Source of the DNA: Mytilus californianus | Taxonomy: Eukaryota | Length of the DNA: 64,000 nt | Reading direction: 5' to 3' | Assembly (NCBI RefSeq): GCF_021869535.1 | Contig: NW_026262668.1 | Span: forward strand, 28,582,001 to 28,646,000 | Part shown: positions 25,601 to 40,600 of the stretch, one piece after another | Layout: each line of letters begins with the position of its first letter | How positions within the stretch are numbered: the stretch's first letter is position 1 | Position numbers and translations under genes: made by a program | Notes under the pieces: model-generated | What the model was told of the DNA's origin: nothing | The model's input: only the letters and a program-made list of their open reading frames with translations | The model's database searches: none

Positions 25601-28600
25601 GGCCGCCACGGCTAAAAATAGAACATAGGGGTAAAATGCAGTTTTTAGCTTATAACTCAAAAACCAAAGCATTAAGAGCAAATCTGACATGGGGTAAAAT
25701 TGTTCATCAGGTCAAGATCTATCTGCCCTGAAATTTTCAGATGAATCGGACAACCCGTTATTGGGTTGCTGCCCCTGAATTGGTAATTTTAAGGAAATTT
25801 TGCTGTTTTTGGTTATTATCTTGAATATTATTATAGATAGAGATAAACTGTAAACAGCAATAATGTTCAGCAAAGTAAGATTTACAAATAAGTCAATATA
25901 ACCGAAATGGTCAGTTGACCCCTTTAGGAGTAATTGCCCTTTATAGTCAATTTTTAACCATTTTTCGTAAATCTTAGTAATCTTTTACAAAAATCTTCTC
26001 CTCTGAAACAACTGGGCCAAATTAAACCAAACTTGGCCACAATCATCATTGGGGTATCTAGTTTAAAAAATGTGTGGTGTGACCCAGCCAACCAACCAAG
26101 ATGGCCGCCACAGCTAAAAATAAAACATAGGGGTAAAATGCAGTTTTTGGCTTATAACTCAAAAACCAAAGCATTTAGAGCAAATCTGACATGAAGTAAA
26201 ATTGTTTATCAGGTCAAGATCTATCTGCCCTGAAATTTTCAGATGAATCGAACAACCTGTTGTTGGGTTGCTGCCCCTGAATTGGTAATTTTAAGGAAAT
26301 TTTGCTGTTTTTGGTTATTATCTTGAATATTATTATAGATAGAGATAAACTGTAAACAGCAATAATGTTCAGCAAAGTAAGATTAACAAATAAGTCAACA
26401 TGACTGAAATGGTCAGTTGACCCCTTTAGGAGTTATTGCCCTTTATAGTCAATTTTTAACAATTTTTCGTAAATCTTAGTAATCTTTTACAAAAATCTTC
26501 TCCTCTGAAACTCCGTGGCCAAATTAAACCAAACTTGGCCACAATCATCATTTGGTTATCTAGTTTTAAAAATGTGTGGCGTGACCTGGTCAACCAACCA
26601 AGATGGCCGCCACGGCTAAAAATAGAACATAGGGGTAAAATTCAGTTTTTGGCTTTTAACTCAAAAACCAAAGCATTTAAAGCAAATCTGACATGAAGTA
26701 AAATTGTTTATCAGGTCAAGATCTATCTGCCCTGAAATTTTCAGATGAATCGGACAACCCGTTATTGGGTTACTGCCCCTGAATTGGTAATTTTAAGGAA
26801 ATTTTGCTGTTTTTGGTTATTATCTTGAATATTATTATAGATAGAGATAAACTGTAAACAGCAATAATGTTCAGCAAAGTAAGATTTACAAATAAGTCAA
26901 TATAACCGAAATGGTCAGTTGACCCCTTTAGGAGTAATTGCCCTTTATAGTCAATTTTTAACCATTTTTCGTAAATCTTAGTAATCTTTTACAAAAATCT
27001 TCTCCTCTGAAACAACTGGGCCAAATTAAACCAAACTTGGCCACAATCATCATTTGGTTATCTAGTTTTGAAAATGTGTGGCGTGACCTGGTCAACCAAC
27101 CAAGATGGCCGCCACGGCTAAAAATAGAACATAGGGGTAAAATTCAGTTTTTGGCTTTTAACTCAAAAACCAAAGCATTTAAAGCAAATCTGACATGAAG
27201 TAAAATTGTTTATCAGGTCAAGATCTATCTGCCCTGAAATTTTCAGATGAATCGGACAACCCGTTATTGGGTTTCTGCCCCTGAATTGGTAATTTTAAGG
27301 AAATTTTGCTGTTTTTGGTTATTATCTTGAATATTATTATAGATAGAGATAAACTGTAAAAAACAATAAATGTCGGCAAAGTAAGATCTACAAATAAGTC
27401 AACATGACCGAAATTGTCAGTTGACCCCTTTAGGAGTTATTGCCCTTTATAGTCAATTTTTAACCATTTTTTCGTAAATCTTAGTAATCTTTTACAAAAA
27501 TCTTCTCCTCTGAAACTACTGGGCCAAGTTAATTATAGATAGAGATAATTGTAAGCAGGAAAAATGTTCAGTAAATTAAGATGTACAAACACATCACCAT
27601 CACCAAAACACAATTTTGTCATGAATCCATCTGTGTCCTTTGTTTAATATTCACATAGACCAAGGTGAGCGACACAGGCTCTTTAGAGCCTCTAGTTTAA
27701 TGAACTGCTATAGGTGTTGAGCAACACTTACAGTCAAGTTGCAGTAATCAATATATAGATTGACAATTTATCATTAATATTTCTTTAAATGTCCTTATTT
27801 CTGCCTGTCACTGAGAAATAAATAAACTGAAATTATACAAAGTATTTTATTTTAAAGAATTAGCTTTGTATATCATGTGTCATTAAAGAATCGCTATCAA
27901 AATTATATCTTTGCATAATTTGTTTAAAATAGATGAAATAGAAGAACTCTCAGGGAGATTAAAAGCTTCAAGACAAAGAGTAGCAGATCTAGAGAAAAGT
28001 CTTTCAACAACAAGTACATCTAGTCAACAGTTTCAAAAGGTTTTTTACAGTTTTATTTGTAAAGGGGTTGTTACATTAAAACATACACCTACTTTGCTTA
28101 TTGTTGAAGGCTGTTAGGTGCTAACTTTATCATATGTTCTCTAGTGGAGAGTTGTCTCATTGGCAATAATACATCTTTTTTTTTAATATAGGACCCAGGG
28201 AAGACGCTTTCAAGTGGTGTATAAAACACCTATAGAGGCAATTTTAGAATTTCGCTCACATTTTTACTGTTGACACCCATCCATAGTTGAGATTTCAGAA
28301 TGCCTTACCTTGGTCCAATGTATGTTTTAAGGGGACAGCCTTAACAAGTCTTTGTGAATTTTCACTTCCATTAAACTATGACTACATTTTATAAAGTGAA
28401 TTTCAGCAAAATGCTGTAACAATAATGAAGCGCTTACACATTTTTTGTAATTTTTGAATTATTGATATTAAGTGCAACTTCAGAGAGTTACTGCATTTCT
28501 TTGTCAACCAAAGTTCCCATTCAATAACTCTATGCTTTAAACTCAATTTATAAATTAAAGTTTAATGTTTTTGTACAAGTTTTTCAGGTTTTAACATTTT

Positions 28601-31600
28601 TCGTGTTGCAGATAGTAAAAAGCCAAGTTCAAATTCATATGAAATGATCATATGTGTTTGAGACAAAAGAAATTATTAGCATGGCCCTTACTTATTTTAA
28701 AATCAGCATAAAACAAGAGTATTTGTCATTTAAGTAATATTTCTCTATTCGTAATTTCAAATTTGGAGATGGTAACAGCCAAGATGAGAAAAAGATTTTT
28801 TTTTTATTTCAGAGTAGTAAAGACTTTGCTAAAGATGTTGACAGATTAAAATTGGATTTGTATAAAGCAAAGTAAGTCTAAATTAAAATTGATTGTCTTT
28901 TTTTTAAATGCTGTTAATTCACTTTTTGATTATTAATCTTAATACTTAAATAATTAATTATTGATTTATTTACTTGACAATTATTTTATGCACAATTAGC
29001 ATGAAAAAGAATACTTGTATTATGTTTCAACTTTATTTTTAAATTAAAAAGTGTAAATTTAGCTAATTAGAAACTATTATTTGGTATAGCATCAATACGT
29101 TTGTATGCCCTTCCTAGGATAGATAATATGTTTTCCGGCCTGTCTTTCATTTAGTCAGTCCTTCCGTCCCATATCAGGTTAAAATTTTGGTTTAAGGTAG
29201 ATTACTATGAAGTTGTGGTCAATTCAACTTGAAACTTAGTACACATATTCATTATTACGTGAAATTTAAAAAAATGTGTCTATTACAAATTATGGTTTGA
29301 ACCAGATTACACAGAAAATGGAAATTAGATAGTGTGAGTAGGGCATGGTGTCCTATGGACTAATAACCATTTTGTGTCTTAAATTTTAACAGTATTGAAA
29401 TAAAGATAGTTTTTATATGCCATTTTCTGTTCACAGCAAATCAAATGAAGAACTGCAGCAACAGACTTCTGAATTGTCTGGTAAACTTCAAGCAAAGGTA
29501 GGTAATCCATGAAAAAGAACAAATCATTTTGCAGTCAAAGGAGAAGGTATGATAAGGTCTCTTTTTGACCCCTTGCATTGGAAAATCAAAAGTTATAAAT
29601 CTATCTAATACATCCTTCAGAAGTTCATAAGATATCAGTATTAATAGTTTAAAAATATGTCTTTCATATTTGCATAAGAGCTTTAAACTTCTTACATTTG
29701 TGCAAAACTGAAAAAATAGCTTCATTTTGAGATATTGACATTTAAACTTTATTATGAGCAAGGCTTTAACAGAAAAGACAGAAAAGACACTTTGCTACAT
29801 GATGTATTTTACAAAGATGTTAATGTGTGTAGAAAAAAATTTGTGCTTGAACTTGGGTATAACTATTTTGTCCAAAAACTATGTATGAATACGCTCATTT
29901 GGACAAATATGTCAATTTTAACATATTCATGACATCTAAAGTGACTATATCAACCTGTTCATTTAACAATAGAATTGCAGTGGTATATTTTTCAAAGGCT
30001 TGAATAATGTCACTATTTTTGCAATTTTAGAGGCGAAATAACCTCCTTCTTTATTCATATGAATTTTTTAAGAAAAAAATTTTATGTAATGATTAAGGTA
30101 TTTAATGTCATTTGCTACAGACTGACAATCTTAGTACGAGTAAAATATCAAAAAAGATAATCGTAGTGTTTTACAGATCTACCAGCTGAATCACATTTAT
30201 TGTAGTAAAAAAGTACACAAATTGAAATTAGAAAGTTTATATGCATTTATAAGAAGTGTTGAAATTTATAATTTCAAGATACCTAGGGAAGATACTTTTA
30301 ACCTGCTTTAAGGACCTTGGTATTAAAGCATACTTGTTATGAATGCTTGTTAGCAGTCCTATGTTTTTAACTCTTTGTAATGTGCCATACTTTAATAGTG
30401 TAAAAGAGAGACAGAAGACACTTAAAAGGAACAATAAAAAAAAAAACAATATGAAAGCAAAAAATGAAAAATGTTAACAGTTCAAATATTAACAGCAATA
30501 TCTTATTTGTTTTAATAAAAAAAGACCTTACGTTTGATTGTAACACATTATTGCTATGTACTGTACCCATCTTCAAATGTTTGATCTCTGACCTTTGTTC
30601 ACTGAAAATTCGAAATTTGTGTTTATATGGTCTCTAAAGTGTTTTTAAACCACATAAAATAATTTCTTAACATTTACAGGTAACTGAGTGCACAGGATTA
30701 GAACAGTCAATAGATGAACTGAAGAATAAATTAGAAATGGCAGAATTGTATAGTAAGCAAGTATCTAGTCACCAGGATGGAGGACAGGAATCTCTGAAAA
30801 TTGTAGAAACGCTAAAACAAGAAAAGGAAGAATTACTCACTAAAATCCATGAGGTATACTTGAACACTAAAATCCATGAGGTAGACTCGAACACTAAAAT
30901 CCATGAGGTATACTTGAACACTAAAATCCATGAGGTATACTGGAACACTAAAATCCATGAGGTATACTTGAACACTAAAATCCATGAGGTATACTCGAAC
31001 ACTAAAATCCATGAGGTATACTCGAACACTATAATCCATGAGGTATACTCGAACACTAAAATCCATGAGTATACTCGAACACTAAAATCCATGAGGTATA
31101 CTTGAACACTAAAATCCATGAGGTATATTTGAACACTAAAATCAATGAGGTATACTCGAACACTAAAATCCATGAGGTATACTCAAACACTAAAATCAAT
31201 GAGGTATACTCGAACACTAAAATCCATGAGGTATACTTGAACACTAAAATATCATATTACTTAGACACTGGCATATATGTGTCAATTAATGGATTCAAAT
31301 TCCTGTTAGAACAAATATTTACTATGGCTTCATTTATTTTTGTGGGTAAAAAAATTTATGGATTGAAGAAAATTGTATTTCTAATGATACTCAATTTTGT
31401 AGTTTTGACAATATCTGTGCAGAAAGTTGTAGGAAGTTTTGTATTTGTTTTAATGTGTGGTTCACCAAGAAATCCATGAAAATTATTAAACCTAAAGGGA
31501 GGTAATCATGTTTACATCACTCATTACTTTTGTTGCAAGAAAAGGATTTTACATATCAGGTACATTGAGTTGAAATCAGAATTAACCTTTTGTAGAGAAT

Positions 31601-34600
31601 TTATTGATGCTACTTATCATTAATGTGATTTTTGTATGTTGAAGATATCTTGAATTGTATGTTTTAAAGTACAGAATTATGTTGGAGGTGCATGTAAATG
31701 AAAAGATTGGAAAAGTTCAAACAAAAGTGTTTTGTCATATGTTGAGATAATATAAATAATTATAAATGGTTTTCAGTATACAGAGGCATTCCAAAGAGTG
31801 AGTACAGAGAAAGACCAGCTAAGTGAACAATATCAACAGTACATGGACCAGTTACAGGGACATAATAAAAAGTTAACTGAACAGGTAATTCATCACATGT
31901 CAAGTTCTTCAAATAATTTGTCAAGTCCATAATGCTCTGAACAATAGTCATACAAATAAAATTTCATTATATAATGTACTTTAAGTTAGTTATTTATTAT
32001 TTATTAGAGATTACAAATTGCACATCCTGGAAAATCATTTTTGCGTAAACTTATCCTTGTCTCATGGGTTTTCGTGCTATTAAGAATGCATTGTGACATC
32101 ACAATTTCCATTGCAAAAGCATGCAAAGTACAAATTCATATGACGTACGAAAACATATGATCTGACCATAAGTAAGGCAGAAACCTTGCAACTTGATTTC
32201 AATAAGAATAGACATCTAGACAATTTTAAAACTGCAACAGCAGTTAATTATATTATTAGATAAATGACAAGACCTGCATTTATCAATATATTTACTTTCA
32301 CACAATACTATAGCTCTTATGTATTTCATAGAGACAACTTTAGTGAAATTTAGGATTTTCAAACAAGAAAGTTGTGTATTCATTGGAACAAAGATTGTTT
32401 ATTGTCATGTAAGAAGGAGACTACAAGACCGAAAACGGTAGTATGATTCGGTGGACAGTTGTTGCAGTAAACATATGTACAACACATTCTTTTGTGTTAA
32501 TATCCAAGGTACAAACGTATATATACGGCCAACAGATCAGTAAACAAAAATGAATATTTAATAGCAGTGAAGTTTGCAAGAATGACATGCAATGGGACCA
32601 AAACATGACAGCTAAAGCCATTTTTAAGTACAATATCCTCCTGTTACATATGCATATATAAATGTATAGTGAATATTTTGTTACTTTCTATAGATTACAT
32701 CATTAACAGAGGACAGAGAAAATTTATTAACAAGTCAACATGACCTAGAATCTTCAGTATTAGAATTACAACGAAGATTAGGTATGTAACTATAACTTGA
32801 TATTGGAAACTAGGGTCATAGAAAGAGAAATGTGTGGCCATTTAGAGCAGTTGTCCTTTTTACTCAAGTTAAAGCTAAGCTTTCTTCATGGATGTGATAT
32901 ATAAACAATAGAATGTGATATGTAATTCAAGTCCTTTATGGTTAACGATTTGCTCTACAGAGGTATGTACCAGACTTTATCCCACAATCAATATTTCTAC
33001 TATACAAATACAGGTGCACAGATTGCATGAAGCCATATACATAGTAAACATATATAGTCATCTGGTATCCTGCTTCTGTTTTAAAGACTCGGGACAACTA
33101 AGAGGTTGACAAAAAATGTATAGACACCTGTATATAGATAAAGACTGTAAATAGACCTCTATGAGTCTGTTGGTTTATTTTATTATTTGGGTGCTATTTC
33201 ATTGATGTATACCCCACATCTCCTTTTATTCAAAGCTACCAGCAAAGAACATTAAAATACACATGAACTTATTTTGTGGATCACAAGAATTTTTATTGAT
33301 TTATAGTCAAATGTAAACGAGACACATAATGCAAGATATAGATGTGTATTTTTACAGAAGATGTGGATAGCAACAATACCAGTGCCAATAATGATTTGAT
33401 TCTACAGAAAGATAATGAAATGCATCAATTAAAAGAACAACATGATGACTTTATACAGAAGTATGAAGCACAGATGAGAGATAATGTCCAGCTTAGCAGG
33501 TAAATACAACACTTGATTAAAGAAAGGTGCTTTTATTTTGTTATTGCACTCTCCAAATACATTTGTTTATTAAAGAACTATTATGTTTTAAGGTTGTATT
33601 TGGAGTACGTACAGTTTTTATGCTAAACATTTATGAGGAAATTTTTTGTTCAATTGCAAAGGTTTATGGGTCAAATAAGCCTAAATGTTCATATGATTTG
33701 GGTTATTTTTTAGCTAAAGAAAAGCCTGACTAATCTTCCTTATTAACTAGACAAATCTTCCTTATGAACTATCAGTTAAATTGTTTCATTACACATTTAC
33801 ATTTACTGAAAGCTTTTTATTCTAAAGCTATAAAAAAGCAGGATTGATCATCTGATAAATTTACATGTTCAAATTAGCTCCGTAATGTACCTTTTCCTTT
33901 TATGAAAACAACCATCATTTGCCAAAAAAATAGCATAAAAGAACATAGCTTTACATTGCTTATGATATCTGTTAAAGATGAAAGTTGTCAGTCTGAAATA
34001 TGTTTTGAAATCACCATTCCCTCTCTTAAAAAAATACATGTAATTTTTTCGTCAAAAATTCTAAAAGATTGGGAAATTATCTGTATTATAATTAATTACA
34101 GACTTTTAGAAGAAAAAGAAGACAAGATTACACAGTTAGAAGACAGGATGTCAGAAGTCAACAGAGAAGATGGGGACAAAGCTCATCTACTGGAGAGTAT
34201 ACAGAGTAACAAAACAGCTCTTAGTCGAGCACTTACTCAAAATAAAGAACTTAAACATCAACTGGCAGAGCTACAGAATGGTTTTGTTAAAATGGTGAAT
34301 ATTAGATATTAGAAATTATATATTAACAATGTTTTATCATATTTTTTGGGGCAATCTTTTATCTTTATTTAGGATTAGAGTAGGTTATTTTTTAACTGGA
34401 TTTTCGAAAGAAAAATCGGTTATTGTTTTGGGGGTGTACGGCAGGCAGGCGGGCGGCTGTCAAACAGTGTGTTCATTAACATGAAAACGCTTTGACGAAA
34501 TTTTTTCAAATTTAGATATGTTGTTTACTGTGACTACTGATATGATATGATACTCATATTGAGACTTTAATATATAGCTTTTATGATAACAATATACCAG

Positions 34601-37600
34601 AAGAAATGTCAACCTGCTTGGACAAATCAGTAATGTATGATATAATTCAAGACTTACAGGAGTAAAGCGGGTGGTGACTATATTGCATTCCCTGCATGTG
34701 ACCATTCTAGTAACGTGATCACTTTTCTGATCTGTCCGACACCTACTTTCATTTTCAAATACTTTAAATTAATAGTGGGGATATGCTTAGCTCATTAATG
34801 AGTGTAACTTCTTGTTTGTTCATAATTTCCATAAAAATTGCAAACTAAAGCAGATACAAAAAGTGTTATAATCATCATTATAATTATACTTTAAATGATA
34901 ATCTAGTAAATAAAGCCATTTTCAGTGCTTGAGTATATTATGTTGTAAACATACAGACAAAAAATTCTTCAAATTTAACAAAAATGTTGCCCTTAGGTAT
35001 TCGAGTACAAAAAAAGATAGTGATAATTTCTAATTTTGCAGTGAACAAGTTGAAATTAAAAAAAAAACAAAAAAACAACCAGAGCAAATAGCATGAATAG
35101 TAAAAATGAGGATTGAAATAAATTATAGACTTACTTTTACAGAGTAATGAGAACATGGAATTGATGACCCGGATACAGTCTGAACAACATAGCTCCAAAG
35201 AATTGTTTTGTAAACTTACCCAACAAGAAGATGAACTCCGAGTTTTGAGAGATGCTGTAAGATTTTTAGATGTTTATATTTATACATGAACCTTTTAGTA
35301 GACTTTAGATAGTATTAAGATAATACTCACACTCTAGGAGTGGACAGTGGCGGCTATATTGCATTCCCCTTGTCCCTTCGTCTGTTCATCTAATAATCCA
35401 ACAAATATTTGTTACGCTATTGTCAGGTACTATTGAACAGAATGACATCATATTTGGTCAGCATCTTAACAGCCACAAGTTTTAAAGTGTAAGCACTTTT
35501 CAGATTTGTCAGACACCTACTTCCATGTTTACTGATACTTTGAATTATTCGATACATGTTCAAATTAGCTCCGTAATGTACCTTTTCCTTTTATGAAAAC
35601 AACCATCATTTGCCAAAAAATAGCATAAAAGAACATAGCTTTACATTGCTTATGATATCTGTTAAAGTTGTCAGTCTGAAATATGTTTTGAAATCACAAG
35701 TTTCCTCTCTTAAAAAAATATATGTAATTTTTTACAGAAGGGCCAAGTGAGCTTTTCTCATCACTTGGCGTCTGTCGTCCGTCGTCGTCGTTAGCTTTTT
35801 ACAAACATCTTCTCCTGTGAAACCACTGGGCCAAATTTAACCAAACTTGGCCACAATCATCATTTGGGTATCTAGTTTAAAAAATGTGTCCGATGACCCC
35901 GCCAATTAACCAAGATGGCCGCCATGGCAAAAAATAGAACATAGGGGTAAAATGTAGATTTTGGCTTATATCTCTGAAACCAAAGCATTTAGAGTAAATC
36001 TGACATAGGGTAAAACTGATTATCAGGTCAAGATCTATCTGCCCTGAAATTTTCAAACAAATCTGACAACCTGTTGTTGGGTTGCTGCTCCTGAATTGGT
36101 AATTTTAAGGAAATTTTGCAGTTTTTGGTTATTATCTTGAATATTATTATAGATAGAGATAAACTGTAAACAGCAACAATGTTCAGCAAAGTAAGATCTA
36201 CAAATAAGTTGACATGACCAAAATTGTCAGTCGACCCCTTTAGGAGTTATTGCCCTCAATAGTCAATTTTTAACAATTTTTCGTAAATTTTTGTAATCCT
36301 TTACAAAAATCTTCTTCTCTGAAACTACTGAGAGAAATTTAACCATACTTGGCCATAATCATTATTAGGTTATCTAGTTTAAAAAATTTGTCCGATGACC
36401 CCGCCTTTCAACCATCATGGCCGACTTGGTCAAAAATAGAACATAGGGGTAAAATGCTGTTTTTGGTTTATATCTCTGAAACTAAAGCATTTAGAGCAAA
36501 TCTGACAGGTGGCAAAAATGTTCATCAGATTTAGATTTATCTGCCCTGAAATTTTCAGACGAATCCGACAACCCGTTGTTGGGTTGCTGCCCCTGAGTTA
36601 GTAATTTTACAAAAATTTTGCAGTTTTTTGTTATTATCTTAGATATCATTATAATATCTAATAATTAATACTATTAATTATGATTTTAACCTTATTTTAC
36701 ATCATTTCGAAAGCATCAGTAAATATAGGTGAGCGACACAGGCTCTTGAGAGCCTCTAGTTATTAATGTATATATTTCAATACATTACATTGTGTAGATA
36801 AATGTTGACATTTTATAGATAAGTTACAATCTATATTAGTTTGACAAATGAAAGAAAAAATATTTGGAACTATTAATTATATTTGATTATAATTTGAAAA
36901 TATATATACACTGTATCACATCATATCTAATTTTAGAGAACTATTAAACATATCTAATGTTTTTTTCACTCATATAATCAGTTTTCCACACTGTTTTTAG
37001 TCATGCTTGAAGATATTGACATGATATTTACTTTTTGTTTACACCATGACAAGTTATAGAACAAGTTAGCATTTTGTTCCAGTAAAACGAATTTTTACCC
37101 GGTAGGGGACTATGTATTGCCATGCAATACTCTCAGAATGCTTGTTTTAATTGGATTTTAATTTATGATTTAACATGTAGATCACTCTCCTTATTTTTCA
37201 TTACCAGTTATCTGTGAAACAGTCGAAGTTAACAGATTTAGAACAATCTACCCACGAGGCAAAGAAGGAAATGTACCAACAAGAACAATTACATGATAGA
37301 CTAAGACATTATGAAGCTCAAGCTCAATTGGTGGAAAGTCTTGGCAGAGAATTACATAATTCACAGGTATTCAAGGAACATTTGCATCAAGTCAAATCAT
37401 GGATCTGTGGTAGTGCCACAAGGTCCCTATGTAGGCTAATCTTAACAAAACTGTTGTGGTTACTACAAAATTTTAACGAGCAGGTATTAAATACGATGAA
37501 AATTAGCTACAAAGTTCTTTTGAGTCAAACAATGGCAGAAACTACTCTATTGCTATTATTAACACACACAGGATGCCAAATTATTTCATACTCATAGTTT

Positions 37601-40600
37601 CAGAAAAACTGCAGATATCAAAATAATTTCTTTAGGGCAATGTATTCTTAATTTGGCGGTATTTCAGATTTTTATGAAATTTTGTATTCATTCAAACATG
37701 TTGAAATGCATCTGAATCTTAACAATGTTTCCTTTTAGAAATGGGTCACTAAAAACAAATTGATTTATAGATCAATAACAAGTGGGTCTATTTTTATATC
37801 CCAGGTATAAGAAATATAGGTACACAACAAACAGAACAAAAGTTGTTTATAATCTTTATTTAAAGAGTGAAAACACAATGACATATATTACATCAAACAT
37901 GTAGTTTCTTATAAGAATTCAATACTGTGCATGTGGCACACAGCTCTTCATCTTTCTTATGGATTTCCTTTAATATCTATATTGTTGATCTGTAATTTTG
38001 CATTTTGGATATAAGCATATTCTGCTTAGTTGCATAATTATGTCTGACAAATAGATTATGCAAAAAACCGCAATCGACTGAATATAATAATAATAATGAA
38101 ATTGATATTTTGTTCAGTAACTGAAATTGTATCCTTTGGTATGCAGGAAAAAGTCATCTATCATGATATTTATACTGCAACTGGTTGTGTTTATTTCCTA
38201 AATATAGTAACACAGCTATGTTTTGTGCAATGTCAATTTCATCATGGATCACTTTTTCTACAATCAGGGGTTCATTAAGGGATGAAAATAAGTTTGAAAT
38301 TTGTGTTACAATTTAAATATCTATCAATGTATTAATTTAAGTTGCAGTATTAAAACAAAATTAGGTCAATGTCAGAAAAATATAAACTTTTTTGTATTCG
38401 GCATAAAACTGGAGAATGGATTGGTAAAACCTACCCCTTCCCCAGTTTCTCAGCCTCATACAAAAAAGATTATATTTTCTGACATTGACCTAATATTGTA
38501 TATTTGTGAAAATAGAGGTAAACCTGAATAAATTTTGAATTCAGCCTTGTGTACTACACAATGAAGTTGTGTTATCCTAAGAATTTATGTTACTTTATTC
38601 ATTCAGAAATAAAGAATAGTTACTTTTATGTTTAGGATATGGTGGAAGCCTTAAAAACACAGAACAGTGAGTTGCGAACCATGTTAATTAAAGCTACTAG
38701 TCATAAAGAGAATGGTAACACAGACTCTGAGGAGGAGAAGAAGAGGGATGATGTGGTAAATACTTAAGTTACAAACTGTAATTTTGACCAAGAAGAATTT
38801 GATGTGAAATAAGTTAATGCTTAAAATATGCATCAACAATTTATGTTAATGTCTTATGGCTTTTTATATTAAACTTAAAATTTGTGAAAAGTTTGAAAAA
38901 TCTATGTTAAAGTCACATAGATTTTATGTAAAATGAAAGATGTGCATTCAAAAGATATTTTCATGTAAAACATCATTTCTTTTGAATTTCATGTAAACCA
39001 TGCTTGCCTATGTACTTAATATGTAGCAATCATATCAATCGTACAATTTATGAAAAAAGGTTACACATTTTAATTTTGATATTTTACTAACTAAATGTCA
39101 TATATTATGACATGGATGATAATTCTTCCCATACAGCCTGATCATGAACTTAAATTGACGTTTTATTTACAATGGAACGTAGATCAGATTAGGGAGTGAA
39201 TTCCCTTTTCAGACTTTTCATAGTGCATCTCATATAATTTATATTTCCCATGACCATGTTTAAAAGTAATGGTAGTTTTTAAAATAACTTGACATTACGC
39301 ACAAAATGTCAAAAATAAAAATGTGTACAAAAGAAATCCTTGATTTCTGTTGTTTGAATGTACCATCATTGTGTCATTTAGGGCATAATTGGCTTCAAAT
39401 TGCTTATCTGTATTTATTATTGTCTATTTAGGGCAAATCATGCTGTCATTTAACTCCCCCTACATATTTATTAACTTCGATAATTTTTTTCCTCCACAGA
39501 TTGATTCCTTATCATCAGCCATTCAACAGTTAGAAATAGAAAGAAACCAACTAGTAGAGAGTCTTAAAGAACAAAGAGAATTGTCAGACAGTCTGTCTAT
39601 CAAAGTATCAGATTTACAAGAGGAAGTTGTCCAGAAAAGTACATATATGACAAGACATTTTTTTTAAACATTGAATATAGATACTTAATCTTCTATTGAT
39701 AAATAAATATCTTATACATTTTTGAACTATTTGCAGACATATACTTAAAAAGGCAATAAAATGTTATTGGCTTTTGAGTTTTTATTTTAGCGTATCTGCT
39801 TGGATAAAAGTCGTCTTTAAACTGTAAACTTTAAATAAAAAATCTCCAATATTCAGGAATTAGAGATATTGGGATGGACGAACTCACATGTAGTCATATT
39901 ATTACTGTTTCTGAAATGCCATATTTTGTATTTTCAGGTGCATTCCAGTCAGAAGACAATAATATAGTAAGCAGAGTAGAGTATGAGCAGTTAAAACAAG
40001 CCATGGAATTAATACAGGTATATTTGATATTAATGATTACTAAAATAATAAACTTATATAGAGAGTATAAGGAATAAAAAATCCAACTGGACAGTACAAG
40101 ATCAGGACAACTGAAAATAACTCTAAGTGCAAAAACTATATCACCAAAACTAAATTGTATTAATGCTCATAAAGCCCTGGAATGGATCTGGTGCAATGGA
40201 AAGTTTAGTATATCCTGATCGGTATGCAGCAACCATTATCTTGCTCAGTAATCTAAAGTCTTCTTTAGTGTCGGAGTAAAAAAAAAACTATACAGTAATT
40301 GAAAAATGGAACACCGCATAGAAGCAAACCATTATTTTGGTTTTTTACTTAAACTGAGAATGAAGTTTTGATACAGCTACCTATAATGGAATTTATTAAT
40401 GCTACCCCCAAGTATCATTCATTTTAAATAAATCAGACTTGAAAACTTGTGGAGTTGTTTACCGATAATTTTTGTATGTCTAATCTGTTACATATCTTTC
40501 TTGTTAGATTTTTATGTTGCAGGAATATAAAGTCCATTTAGTATAGGGACAGTCTTATTTATAATTATTGTTGATTCTACTTACAGAATAAGTATATGAA

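Noticed and set aside
30769-31244. Minus-strand repetitive ORFs (MDFSVRVYL.., FEYTSWILV..)
   Set aside because: They are antisense readings of the 27-bp minisatellite.
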